Part shown: positions 39,016-47,296 of the stretch, piece after piece
How the letters are laid out: each line of letters begins with the position of its first letter
How positions within the stretch are numbered: the first letter of the stretch is position 1
From: an uncultured Chloroflexia bacterium
GTDB taxonomy: Bacteria; Chloroflexota; Limnocylindria; Limnocylindrales; CSP1-4
Direction: 5' to 3'
Length of the DNA stretch: 64,000 bases
Assembly: GCA_963831745.1 (NCBI GenBank)
Contig: CAWHRD010000004.1
Coordinates: 46,005 to 110,004 of the forward strand
The notes under the pieces: generated by a model
What the model was told of the DNA's origin: nothing
Database searches by the model: none
The model's input: the letters and a program-made list of their open reading frames with translations, nothing else
Made by a program: the position numbers and the translations under genes

Positions 39016-39144
39016 CCCGGCGCCGGACGGACGCGCGACCCGGCGCCGGACGGACGCGCGGCGCGGCGCTGGACGGACGCGCGCCCCGGCGCTGGACGGA
39101 CGCGCGCCCCGGCGCTGGACGGACGCGCGGCGCGGCGGGCGCGG
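39016..39144. repeat. Tandem array of five 23-bp repeats plus a partial sixth (consensus CCCGGCGCYGGACGGACGCGCGM) in a divergent promoter region
   Basis: Units at 39016, 39039, 39062, 39085 and 39108. There are no spacers, so this is not a CRISPR array. Confidence 0.7.
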
Positions 39145-39217
39145 AAACCGGTGATCGGCCGCGGGACGGTACACTCCACGCATTCCGCGCCGCCCGGCGC
39201 GCCAGCGAGAGGGACGG

Positions 39218-39475
39218 ATGACCAAGCGATCCAAGCACGAGCGCGCCCAGCGCGCCATCGAGACCGACCGGGTGCGCCAGATCGAGGCGTCCTGGGCGGC
39301 CAGCACACCCTCTTCGGTGGCCCGCGAGTTCGAGACGGCCGTCCGGGCCGCCCGCGAGCGGGGCCCGCTCCCGCCCCCGCCCGACATGGCCCCGGGCACC
39401 GCCCCGAACCCGCCCCGCCCCGGCCACGAGCCGAAGCCGCCCAAGGGCGCGGAGCGCCCGCGGAGGGGCCGCTAG
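39218..39475 (+). CDS. Hypothetical small basic protein (85 aa) with a Pro-rich C-terminus
   Basis: RBS-like GAGAGGGACGG before the ATG. The N-terminal half is charged and helical (MTKRSKHERAQRAIETDRVRQIEASWAA). Confidence 0.35.
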   Translation: MTKRSKHERAQRAIETDRVRQIEASWAASTPSSVAREFETAVRAARERGPLPPPPDMAPGTAPNPPRPGHEPKPPKGAERPRRGR

Positions 39476-39786
39476 TGGCCCGCAAGCGAAAGGTCGTCTA
39501 CCCGCAGAAGCGGACCCCTCCCAAGGCGCCGGTCTTCGCCCCGGGCGAGGCCCCGGTCGTCCGCACGAGCGTGGTCGCGATCGACCTGACGGCCCGGCAG
39601 GGCCGCGACGGCCTGGCCGTGGGACAGCGGGTGCGGATCCTGGGCACCGGGCTGTATGCCGGCGAGATCGCCGTCATCGAGAAGCTCGGTGGATCGGTGG
39701 TCCCGGCGGCGACGGTGCGAACCGAGGCCGGCCGGAGCCGCCAGGTCCGCACGATCGACCTCGAGCCGGTCACCGGCGAAGCCTGA
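39476..39786 (+). CDS. Hypothetical small protein (103 aa)
   Basis: The GTG start abuts the previous stop. The C-terminus is KOW-like (GQRVRILGTGLYAGEIAVIEKLGG). Confidence 0.35.
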
Positions 39787-40028
39787 CCCGGCGACTCCTC
39801 CGCGAGCTCACCGGTCGCCGGTGAGGGTCACGTCCGTCGGTCGCGGTCGCGATCGCGGATGCCGTGGCGGGTCGTCGGCGCCATCCTCGCGTCTCGGGTA
39901 GACTCCGCCTCTCGTGTTCGACGGGCGCGCCGGTCAGCGCCCCGGTCTCCCACGCCGCCGATCCCGAACCACCTCTGCGCCCTGACCGGGCCCCGCCTCG
40001 AGCGGGAGGGCCCCGCCAGGAGCACCCC

Positions 40029-41585
40029 GTGTCCTTCGCTCACCTCGGGCTGACGCCCGAGCTCGTCCGCGCCGTCGCGGACCAGGGCTACATTGAGCCC
40101 ACCCCCGTCCAGGCTGCCGCCATCCCGCTCGTCCTCGCCGGCCGCGACCTGCTGGCGGGCGCCCAGACCGGCACCGGGAAGACCGCCGCCTTCGTCCTCC
40201 CCATGCTCCAGCTGCTCAACGCGACCGCCGCGCGCCCCGACGACCGCCGCGCGGCGCCCCGGCGCCAGGTCCGCGCCCTCGTCATCGTCCCGACGCGCGA
40301 GCTCGCCCTCCAGGTGGAGGAGAGCGTCCGGACCTACGGGGCCCGGCGGCCCATCCGCTCCGTCGCGATCTACGGCGGCGTCGGGTTCGGTCCCCAGGCG
40401 AGCGCATTGCGCGCCGGCGCCCAGGTCGTCGTGGCCACCCCCGGGCGGCTCCTCGACCACGTCGGCCAGCACACGATCGACCTCTCGGCGGTCGAGATCC
40501 TCGTCCTCGACGAGGCCGACCGGATGCTGGACATGGGGTTCATCCGCGACATTCGCCGCGTGCTCGAGCTCCTGCCGCGTCGCCGCCAGAGCCTGCTCTT
40601 CTCAGCGACGTTCTCGGACGAGATCCGCGAGCTCGCCAACGGGTTCCTCGACCGTCCGGCCGAGGTCGACGTCGCCCCCCGGAACACGGCTGCGGCGCTC
40701 GTGCGGCAGCTCGTCCATCCGGTCGACCGGGAGCGCAAGCGCGAGCTCCTGAGCACGCTCGTGCGCACCGGGCGCCTCGAGCAGGCCCTGGTCTTCACCC
40801 GGACCAAGCACGGAGCCAACCGACTGGCCGAGCAGCTCTCGCGCGACGGCATCGCGACGGCGGCCATCCACGGCAACAAGGGCCAGGCCCAGCGGGTTAG
40901 GGCCCTCGCCGACTTCAAGGCCGGACGGGTGGCGGTCCTCGTCGCGACGGACATCGCGGCCCGGGGCCTCGACATCGACGCCCTGCCGCACGTGGTCAAC
41001 TACGAGCTCCCGATGGTGCCGGAGGACTACGTCCACCGGATCGGGCGCACCGGCCGGGCCGGCGTGGAGGGGATCGCGATCTCGCTCGTCTGCGTCGACG
41101 AGACGCCGCTCCTGCGGGCGATCGAGCGGCTCCTGCATCGGACGATCCCGATCGAGGCCGTCGCCGGCTTCGAGCCCGACCGGACGATCCCTGCCGAGCC
41201 GATCCACCTCCGCTCCGCCGAGCACCGGGGCCTGCCGACGCGAACGCGGGCGGCCGGCCACGGCGCGTCGATCGGTCGGCCGTCGCACGGTGTCGGCATC
41301 GGCCGGTCGGTGAGCCCGCGGCATGCTGCCGGTCCCGGCTGGGCTGCCGGAGCCGGGCGCCCTGCCGCCGCCCGCGCGGACCACGCCGGGCGGCCGGGTC
41401 CCGGCCGGGCGCACCCCGGCGGGCGCGGCGTCGAGCGGCACCCCGGGGCCGGCGGGCACCACGAGGCCGGCGCAGGTCGCGAGCCCGGCGCGCGCCACGA
41501 GCCGCGCGGCCCCTTCAACGCGATGCCCGGCGAGCGGTTCGCCCGGCGTGCCGATGGCACCTCCGAGGCGCGGTCGCGCCGCTGA
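40029..41585 (+). CDS. rhlE: DEAD-box ATP-dependent RNA helicase (RhlE-like) with an Arg/Gly-rich C-terminal tail
   Basis: Q-motif (F..LGL...AV...GY..PTPVQ), motif [22 protein letters not shown] and [13 protein letters not shown] start. Confidence 0.85.
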   Translation: MSFAHLGLTPELVRAVADQGYIEPTPVQAAAIPLVLAGRDLLAGAQTGTGKTAAFVLPMLQLLNATAARPDDRRAAPRRQVRALVIVPTRELALQVEESVRTYGARRPIRSVAIYGGVGFGPQASALRAGAQVVVATPGRLLDHVGQHTIDLSAVEILVLDEADRMLDMGFIRDIRRVLELLPRRRQSLLFSATFSDEIRELANGFLDRPAEVDVAPRNTAAALVRQLVHPVDRERKRELLSTLVRTGRLEQALVFTRTKHGANRLAEQLSRDGIATAAIHGNKGQAQRVRALADFKAGRVAVLVATDIAARGLDIDALPHVVNYELPMVPEDYVHRIGRTGRAGVEGIAISLVCVDETPLLRAIERLLHRTIPIEAVAGFEPDRTIPAEPIHLRSAEHRGLPTRTRAAGHGASIGRPSHGVGIGRSVSPRHAAGPGWAAGAGRPAAARADHAGRPGPGRAHPGGRGVERHPGAGGHHEAGAGREPGARHEPRGPFNAMPGERFARRADGTSEARSRR

Positions 41586-41688
41586 GGTGCGTCATCCGCG
41601 GCCGCCCGTGCCCCGCCGCTGACGCGGCGACCCGGGGCGCACGGCCCGCCGGCCGGACCCGGCGTCGGTCGCCGAGCCCCCGGCCCGG

Positions 41689-41892
41689 CTACCGCTTCTT
41701 CGCCGCCGGCTGGTCGATCGTGCGGGCGCTCCCGGCCGACGGCCGGATGGTGCTCTCGTGGCCGTCGTCCCAGCGGACCCGGTAGCGGGTGCCGTACGAC
41801 GCCTCGATGATCTCGAGGATGACGCCCTCGCGATCGGCCTGCCCGACCCTTTCCGATTCGACGACGATCCGGTCTCCGACCCGCGCGGTCAT
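41689..41892 (-). CDS. DUF1918 domain-containing small protein
   Basis: 67 aa, matching the DUF1918 pattern (MxAxVGDRIVVESERVGQADREGVILEI...YRVRWDDGHES). Confidence 0.6.
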   Translation of the reverse strand: MTARVGDRIVVESERVGQADREGVILEIIEASYGTRYRVRWDDGHESTIRPSAGSARTIDQPAAKKR

Positions 41893-41992
41893 CCCATCAC
41901 CTCCATGGCGGCCGAGCTGCTGCGTCCATGATCTCCCTCACGAGCCGTGGGCGGTAGTACCCGAGGTCATGAATCGCGGGCGACCCGCGGAC

Positions 41993-42290
41993 CCGCCCGG
42001 TCCGGTTCGAGCGTGGTGCCCCGCCCGGTCCGGTTCGAGCGTGGTGCCCCGCGTGGCGTGGCGCGCCGCCCGCTGCGCGGGCCCGGGAGGGCGACTCTCT
42101 GGGGCAGCGGGTGGCGGGCGAGCCGCCACGTGCAGGGCCCGGCCAGCGTACCGGCCAACGCGGCCGGGGTTTCGGGCGAGCCATCCACGTGCACGTCCCG
42201 GGACGGCGTACCGGGTAGCGCGGCCGGGGTGGCGGGCGAGCCATCCACGTGCACGTCCCGGGCCGGCGTACCGGCCAGCGCGGTGCGACG
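41993..42290. repeat. Repeat-rich intergenic region: 28-nt x2 tandem (41993-42048) and about 60-nt x3 tandem (42111-42290; core GGCGGGCGAGCCRYCCACGTGCASGKCCCGG)
   Basis: Direct reading of the sequence. The units share the CACGTGCACG palindromic core. Confidence 0.6.
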
Positions 42291-42597
42291 AACCTCCTCC
42301 GTGCTCCAAGCTGCAGCGAATGTGCGTGTTCGGCGCGATTGGGAGCGCGATGGACCACTGCGCTACCGCGCCACGCGGTACGTGTCGCACCACGGAGCCT
42401 CTCCGAAGGAGGAAGGGGACGTACACCAGGTGGCTGGACACGATCCACGCTCGGCATCGGCCACGCCCGTGCCGCGCGACGATCGGCGGGAGTTTCCGGG
42501 CGCTTCGGCCCTCCGTCCCACCCCGGCGCCGCCGCTACGGTCGCCTCGACAGGGGTCCGCCCGGTCCCCACGGATCCCGCTCCAGAGGACGCGCCCC

Positions 42598-43089
42598 ATG
42601 AAGGTCCTGATCAGCGTCGCCTCCCGCCACGGTGCCAGCTTCGAGATCGCGGAGGAGATCAGCGCGACCCTCGCCGCGTCCGGCTTCCAGACTGCGGTCC
42701 TGCCGCCGGACGCCGTTACGAGCCTCGAGGGCTACGGCGGCGTGATCCTGGGCAGCAGCGTCTACGTGGGCCACTGGATGGACGCCGCGGTCAACTTCGT
42801 CGAGCGCTTCTCCAAGGAGATCAGGACCGTTCCGGTCTGGCTCTTCTCCAGCGGGCCGATCGGGCACGAGCCCAAGCCCGAGGACGAGCCGGCGGACCTC
42901 GCGGACCTGGTCGCCGCGACGGGCGCCCGCGAGCACCGCGTCTTCGCCGGGCAGGTGGATCGCGCCAAGCTCGGCCTCGGCGAGAAGGTGATCCTCACCG
43001 CGGTCCGGGCCCCCGAGGGCGACTTCCGGCCGTGGGACGAGATCCGCGCCTGGGCCGCGGAGATCGCCGCCGCGCTCAAGCAGGGCTGA
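42598..43089 (+). CDS. Flavodoxin-like fold protein (flavodoxin/WrbA/HemG-like)
   Basis: MKVLISVASRHGASFEIAEEI...GGVILGSSVYVGHW: the flavodoxin-like FMN-binding N-terminus. Confidence 0.7.
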   Translation: MKVLISVASRHGASFEIAEEISATLAASGFQTAVLPPDAVTSLEGYGGVILGSSVYVGHWMDAAVNFVERFSKEIRTVPVWLFSSGPIGHEPKPEDEPADLADLVAATGAREHRVFAGQVDRAKLGLGEKVILTAVRAPEGDFRPWDEIRAWAAEIAAALKQG

Positions 43090-43204
43090 CCCGCCACCGG
43101 TCGCGCGTCATGGCGTCCGGTGGCGCCGCAGGCGCCCAGGCCCTGAGCCTGTACGGCGTCCCCTACGACGGGCTGGGACCGGCGCCTCCCGGTAGGATGC
43201 CCGG

Positions 43205-43777
43205 GTGAGCGACCATTCCGACGCCGGTGTGATCGGGCCCTGGCGACGCCGCGGCCGCCGCGCTGCCTACGCCAACCCGTGGATCACCGTCTGGCACGAC
43301 GAGGTTACCCGCCCGGACGGCAGCCCCGGCATCTACGGCGTGGTCCACTTCGCCAACCTCGCGGTCGGGGTCGTGGCGCTCGACGCCGAGGACCGGGTCC
43401 TGCTGGTCGGGCAGCACCGGTACGCGCTCGACGCGTACTCGTGGGAGATCCCGGAGGGCGGCGTCCCGGCGGGGGAGGACCCGCTCGAGGGCGCCCGGCG
43501 GGAGCTCCGCGAAGAGACCGGGGCCGTCGCCGCCCGGTGGCGGGAGATCGGGCGCTTCCACCTCTCGAACTCGGTGACCGACGAGGCCGGGATCCTCTAC
43601 CTGGCGACCGACCTGGCCCAGCAGGCGGCGGCGCCCGAGGCGACGGAGGAGCTCGAGGTCCGCCGGGTGCCCTTCGCCGAGGCCCTGGCGATGACCCTGG
43701 ACGGCCGGATCACCGACGCGATGACGATCATGGGGATCCAGCGCGTCGCCCTCGAGCGCGGTCGCGCGGAGGGCTGA
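43205..43777 (+). CDS. NUDIX hydrolase (ADP-ribose-pyrophosphatase-like)
   Basis: Nudix box GGVPAGEDPLEGARRELREETG. GTG start. Confidence 0.8.
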   Translation: MSDHSDAGVIGPWRRRGRRAAYANPWITVWHDEVTRPDGSPGIYGVVHFANLAVGVVALDAEDRVLLVGQHRYALDAYSWEIPEGGVPAGEDPLEGARRELREETGAVAARWREIGRFHLSNSVTDEAGILYLATDLAQQAAAPEATEELEVRRVPFAEALAMTLDGRITDAMTIMGIQRVALERGRAEG

Positions 43778-43906
43778 CCACCGCCGCTCGCTCGCGGCGC
43801 GCGGCGATCGGCTACCGGGTGTTCGGGAGCGTGGACGGCGGGGGAGGGGAGCGACTCCCCTCCGCCGCGACGACCGGCACGCTGGGCGCAGGCGCCTGAC
43901 GGACGA

Positions 43907-44683
43907 TCAGGCCGGCTCGACGAGGGCGGACCTCAGCGCGGCGCGTGCCCGGGCGTCGATCCCCAGGCCGTCGGCGACGTACGCTTCGATCGAGCCGTGG
44001 CGCCGGCGGACCTCGTCGAGCGCGGCCTCGAGGTAGGCGGGACGGACCCCGAGCAGGGGTCGGAGAAGCTCCGGGTCCCCGCCGCGGGCAGCGAAGGCGT
44101 CGATGATCGGCTCGACCACCGGGACCAGGCCCGGGCCGCTCAGCAGGTAGTCCTCCATCACGGCGTCCTCGGGCACGCCGAGGAACAGCAGGAGCGCCGC
44201 GGCGGCCCACCCGGTCCGGTCCTTGCCCGTCGTGCAGTGGACGAGCGCGGGGGTGCTCGTGCCGCCGGCCAGCGCATCGAACAGGCGGCGATAGCCCGCT
44301 CGGGCGCTGTCGAGATGCACGAACTCGCGGTAGACGTCGACGAAGAGCGTTGCCGCCCGGCCGCCACCGAGCGCCCGGCTCGCCGCCGCGGGGTCCTCGA
44401 ACAGCGTCGCGAAGTCGGCCGGGGACTTGCCGTCCGAATCGCCGGCGATGTCGGCCACGACGTACGCGCTGCCCGGTGGGAGCCGGTCCGGCTGGCTCGT
44501 CCGCTCGGCGGCGGTCCGCAGGTCGAACACGGTGCGGATGCCGAGGCGACCTAGGTCGGCGACGGCGGGCGGATCCAGCCGGCTGAGGTCGACGGACCGG
44601 TACACCAGGCCCGTGCGGACCCGGCCGCCGTCGCGGGTCCGGTGGCCGCCGACGTCGCGCAGGTTCGGCAGGCCCGCGATCAT
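43907..44683 (-). CDS. Protein-tyrosine phosphatase (Tyr/Ser phosphatase family)
   Basis: CX5R P-loop HCTTGKDRTG. Start at the ATG giving MIAGLPNLRDVGG. Confidence 0.7.
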   Translation of the reverse strand: MIAGLPNLRDVGGHRTRDGGRVRTGLVYRSVDLSRLDPPAVADLGRLGIRTVFDLRTAAERTSQPDRLPPGSAYVVADIAGDSDGKSPADFATLFEDPAAASRALGGGRAATLFVDVYREFVHLDSARAGYRRLFDALAGGTSTPALVHCTTGKDRTGWAAAALLLFLGVPEDAVMEDYLLSGPGLVPVVEPIIDAFAARGGDPELLRPLLGVRPAYLEAALDEVRRRHGSIEAYVADGLGIDARARAALRSALVEPA

Positions 44684-44754
44684 CGGCTCGGCTGCCGGCG
44701 TCGTGTCACCGTCCCTCCCGGGCCCGGGGATGCCGCCGGGCGGACCCGCCGGGC

Positions 44755-45843
44755 TCACCGTTGGCCCTCGGCCACCTCGGCGACCTTCGCGGCGATCCGT
44801 TCGAGCAGCGAGCTCCACGACGCCACGAACGACGCCGCCCCCTTCTGCTGAAGATCCCGGCCGACGGCCTCGACGTCGACTCCCGCCGCGGCGAACCGCG
44901 CGAGCAGCGCGTCGCCGGCCGCCGGCTCGGCCGGAAGCAGGCCGTGAAGCGACCCGTGGTCGGCGAAGGCGAGCAGCGTCTCCTCGGGCATCGTGTTGAC
45001 GGTGTGCGGCGCCGCCAGGCCGGCGACGTACAGGACGTCCGACGCCGTGGGGTCCTTCGTCCCGGTGCTCGCGAACAGGAGCCGCTGCGGGCGGGCGCCC
45101 GCGTTGAGGAGGCGCTGCCAGCGGTCGGTGGCGATGAAGGCCCGGTAGTCCGCGTAGGCGCGCATGCCGATCGCGATGCCGAGCTGCATCGAGAGGTCGT
45201 CGGGGATCTTCCCGGCGACCGCCCCGTCCCAGCGGCTGATGAAGACCGAGGCGACCGATGCGACGTGGGCCGGCAGGCCGGCCTCGACCCGCCGCTCGAT
45301 CCCGCGGGTGTACGCCTCCGCCTGGGCCAGGTAGTGCGCGGGGGAGAAGAGGAGCGTGACGTTCACGGGGACGCCGGCGAAGATCGTGTCCTCGATCGCC
45401 TGGAGGCCAGCTGCCGTTCCGGGGATCTTGATGAACAGGTTGGGGCGGCCGGCAAGGGCGTGCAGCCGCGCAGCCTCACGCTTCGTCGCGACGGGGTCGT
45501 AGGCGAGCAGCGGCGAGACCTCGAGCGAGACGAACCCGTCCACGCCGTCGGTCCGCTCGTGGATCGGCCGGAAGAGATCGGCTGCCCTGCTGAGGTCGTC
45601 GAGCGCCAGCTCGAAGAAGATCTCCTCGCCCGTCGCTCCCCGCGCGGCGGCTGCGCGCACGGCGTCGTCGTAGGCGGTGGCTCCGCCGATCGCCTTGTCG
45701 TAGATCGTCGGGTTCGACGTCAGCCCGGTGACGGCCAGGTCGTCGATGTAGCGCCGGAGCCGGCCGCTCGTCAGCAGGTCGCGCGTGATGTTGTCGAGCC
45801 AGAGGCTCTGGCCGGCGTGGTGGAGCTGCGTCGTCGGGTTCAT
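44755..45843 (-). CDS. tal: Transaldolase
   Basis: MNPTTQLHHAGQSLWLDNITR...TSNPTIYDKA...FIKIPGT: the transaldolase family signature. Confidence 0.85.
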   Translation of the reverse strand: MNPTTQLHHAGQSLWLDNITRDLLTSGRLRRYIDDLAVTGLTSNPTIYDKAIGGATAYDDAVRAAAARGATGEEIFFELALDDLSRAADLFRPIHERTDGVDGFVSLEVSPLLAYDPVATKREAARLHALAGRPNLFIKIPGTAAGLQAIEDTIFAGVPVNVTLLFSPAHYLAQAEAYTRGIERRVEAGLPAHVASVASVFISRWDGAVAGKIPDDLSMQLGIAIGMRAYADYRAFIATDRWQRLLNAGARPQRLLFASTGTKDPTASDVLYVAGLAAPHTVNTMPEETLLAFADHGSLHGLLPAEPAAGDALLARFAAAGVDVEAVGRDLQQKGAASFVASWSSLLERIAAKVAEVAEGQR

Positions 45844-45891
45844 CGTGCCTCCGGTGGTGGCCCGGCCCATGGGCGGCGCCCGCCCGGCGAG

Positions 45892-47268
45892 TCAGTGGCC
45901 GAGCGCCTCGTTGCGGATGGACGCCACGTCCTCGAGGCGGCGCCGGATCGCCCCCAGGAACCGTGCGCCCTGCTCGCCGTCGACCAGCCGGTGGTCGGCC
46001 GAGAGGGTCAGCTTCATGATGGACCGCACGGCAAGCCCGTCGCCGATGACGACCGGCGTCGGCAGGGCGCTGGCCACGGCGAGGATGGCCGCCTCGCCGG
46101 GGTTGATGATCGCGCTGAACTCCTCGACGCCGAGCATGCCGAGGTTGCTCACCGTGAAGGTGCCGCCGGTCATCTCGTCGACCGCGAGCGTTCCCTCGCG
46201 GGCCTTCGCGGCGAAGGCCGCGGCCCGGTCGTGGATCTCGGCCACCGGGAGCCGGTCCGCGTCGCGGATGACCGGCACGACCAGGCCACCCGGGACCGCA
46301 ACGGCGAGGCCGAGGTGCACGCGGCGTCGGGGCCAGACCACGACGCCGTCCGTCCGCGCGTTGACGTCCGGGAACTCGGCCAGGGTCTGAGCCGTGGCGG
46401 CCAGGACGAAGTCCGTGACGGTGAGGTTCGTGCCCGCCGCCTTCAGCTCGGCCCGGAGCGCGAGGAGCGCCGTCACGTCGACGGCGACGGTCACGGTGAA
46501 ATGCGGGATCGACGTCCAGCTGGACGTGAGGCGCTCGGCGATGACCCGCCGCATCCGGCTGAGCGGCCGCGGCTCCTCTTCGCCGTCGACCGGGGACCTG
46601 TCGCCCGAGGCGACGGGCCCGGCTGCTGCTCCGGCGCCGCCGCGCGCCGCCGCGGCCATGGGCTGCCCGGGCACGGGCGCGCCGCCGCGCGCCGCCGCGG
46701 CCATGGGCTGCCCGGGCACGGGCGCGCCGCCGCGCGCCGCCGCGGCCGCGGCACGGACGTCGCGCTCGATGATGCGCCCGTCGGGCCCAGTCCCGGCAAC
46801 CGTTCGCGGGTCGACGCCCTCCTCGGCCGCGAGGCGGCTCGCGCGTGGGCTGATCGCGAGACGCCGGTGCGCGCCGCCGGCGGACCGGACGGACGCGGGG
46901 GCGGCCCCGGCCGAACCGGGGGCGGGCGACGCTGCGGGAGGCCCGGCCGTCGGCGCTGGCGCCGACCCGGATTCCGGCCCGGCCATCGCGGGCGCAGCCG
47001 GAGCGGGCACGTCCGCGGGGACCTCATCGCCCTGGGCGCCCACGTAGCCGCAGATCGCGTTGACGGGCACCGTCTCGCCCTCCGCCACGACGCGGCGCAG
47101 GAGGACACCGTCGTCGAACGCCTCGACCTCCATGGCCGACTTGTCCGTCTCGATCTCGAATAGGACGTCCCCCCGGGCCACCGGGTCGCCCTCGCGCTTG
47201 AACCAGGTCGTGAGCGTGCACTCCTCGGTCATCTGGCCGGGCTTGGGCATGCGGATCGCGTGCAGCAT
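45892..47268 (-). CDS. Dihydrolipoamide acyltransferase (E2 component of a 2-oxoacid dehydrogenase complex)
   Basis: Lipoyl domain (IETDKSAMEVEAFDDG), an Ala/Pro-rich linker with an internal 14-aa duplication, the E3-binding domain and the catalytic domain (DHRLVDGEQGARFL). Confidence 0.85.
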   Translation of the reverse strand: MLHAIRMPKPGQMTEECTLTTWFKREGDPVARGDVLFEIETDKSAMEVEAFDDGVLLRRVVAEGETVPVNAICGYVGAQGDEVPADVPAPAAPAMAGPESGSAPAPTAGPPAASPAPGSAGAAPASVRSAGGAHRRLAISPRASRLAAEEGVDPRTVAGTGPDGRIIERDVRAAAAAARGGAPVPGQPMAAAARGGAPVPGQPMAAAARGGAGAAAGPVASGDRSPVDGEEEPRPLSRMRRVIAERLTSSWTSIPHFTVTVAVDVTALLALRAELKAAGTNLTVTDFVLAATAQTLAEFPDVNARTDGVVVWPRRRVHLGLAVAVPGGLVVPVIRDADRLPVAEIHDRAAAFAAKAREGTLAVDEMTGGTFTVSNLGMLGVEEFSAIINPGEAAILAVASALPTPVVIGDGLAVRSIMKLTLSADHRLVDGEQGARFLGAIRRRLEDVASIRNEALGH

Positions 47269-47296
47269 CGTCGTGCTCCTCGGTCGACTCGGCGGG

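Noticed and set aside
39016-39144. 23-bp x5 tandem array considered as a CRISPR array
   Set aside because: The units are directly adjacent with no spacers and are not palindromic repeat-spacer structures. No cas genes lie nearby.
35757-39427. 488-aa plus ORF and the 489-aa, 445-aa and 558-aa ORFs overlapping the cyclase, nagB-like and oxidoreductase genes
   Set aside because: Off-frame artefacts. The annotated frames carry the CHD, NagB and Gfo/Idh/MocA signatures.
41947-43089. 380-aa ORF that would extend the flavodoxin 217 codons upstream through the repeat region
   Set aside because: The upstream part is translated tandem DNA repeats and Arg/Pro-rich sequence. A conserved flavodoxin N-terminus begins at ATG 42598.
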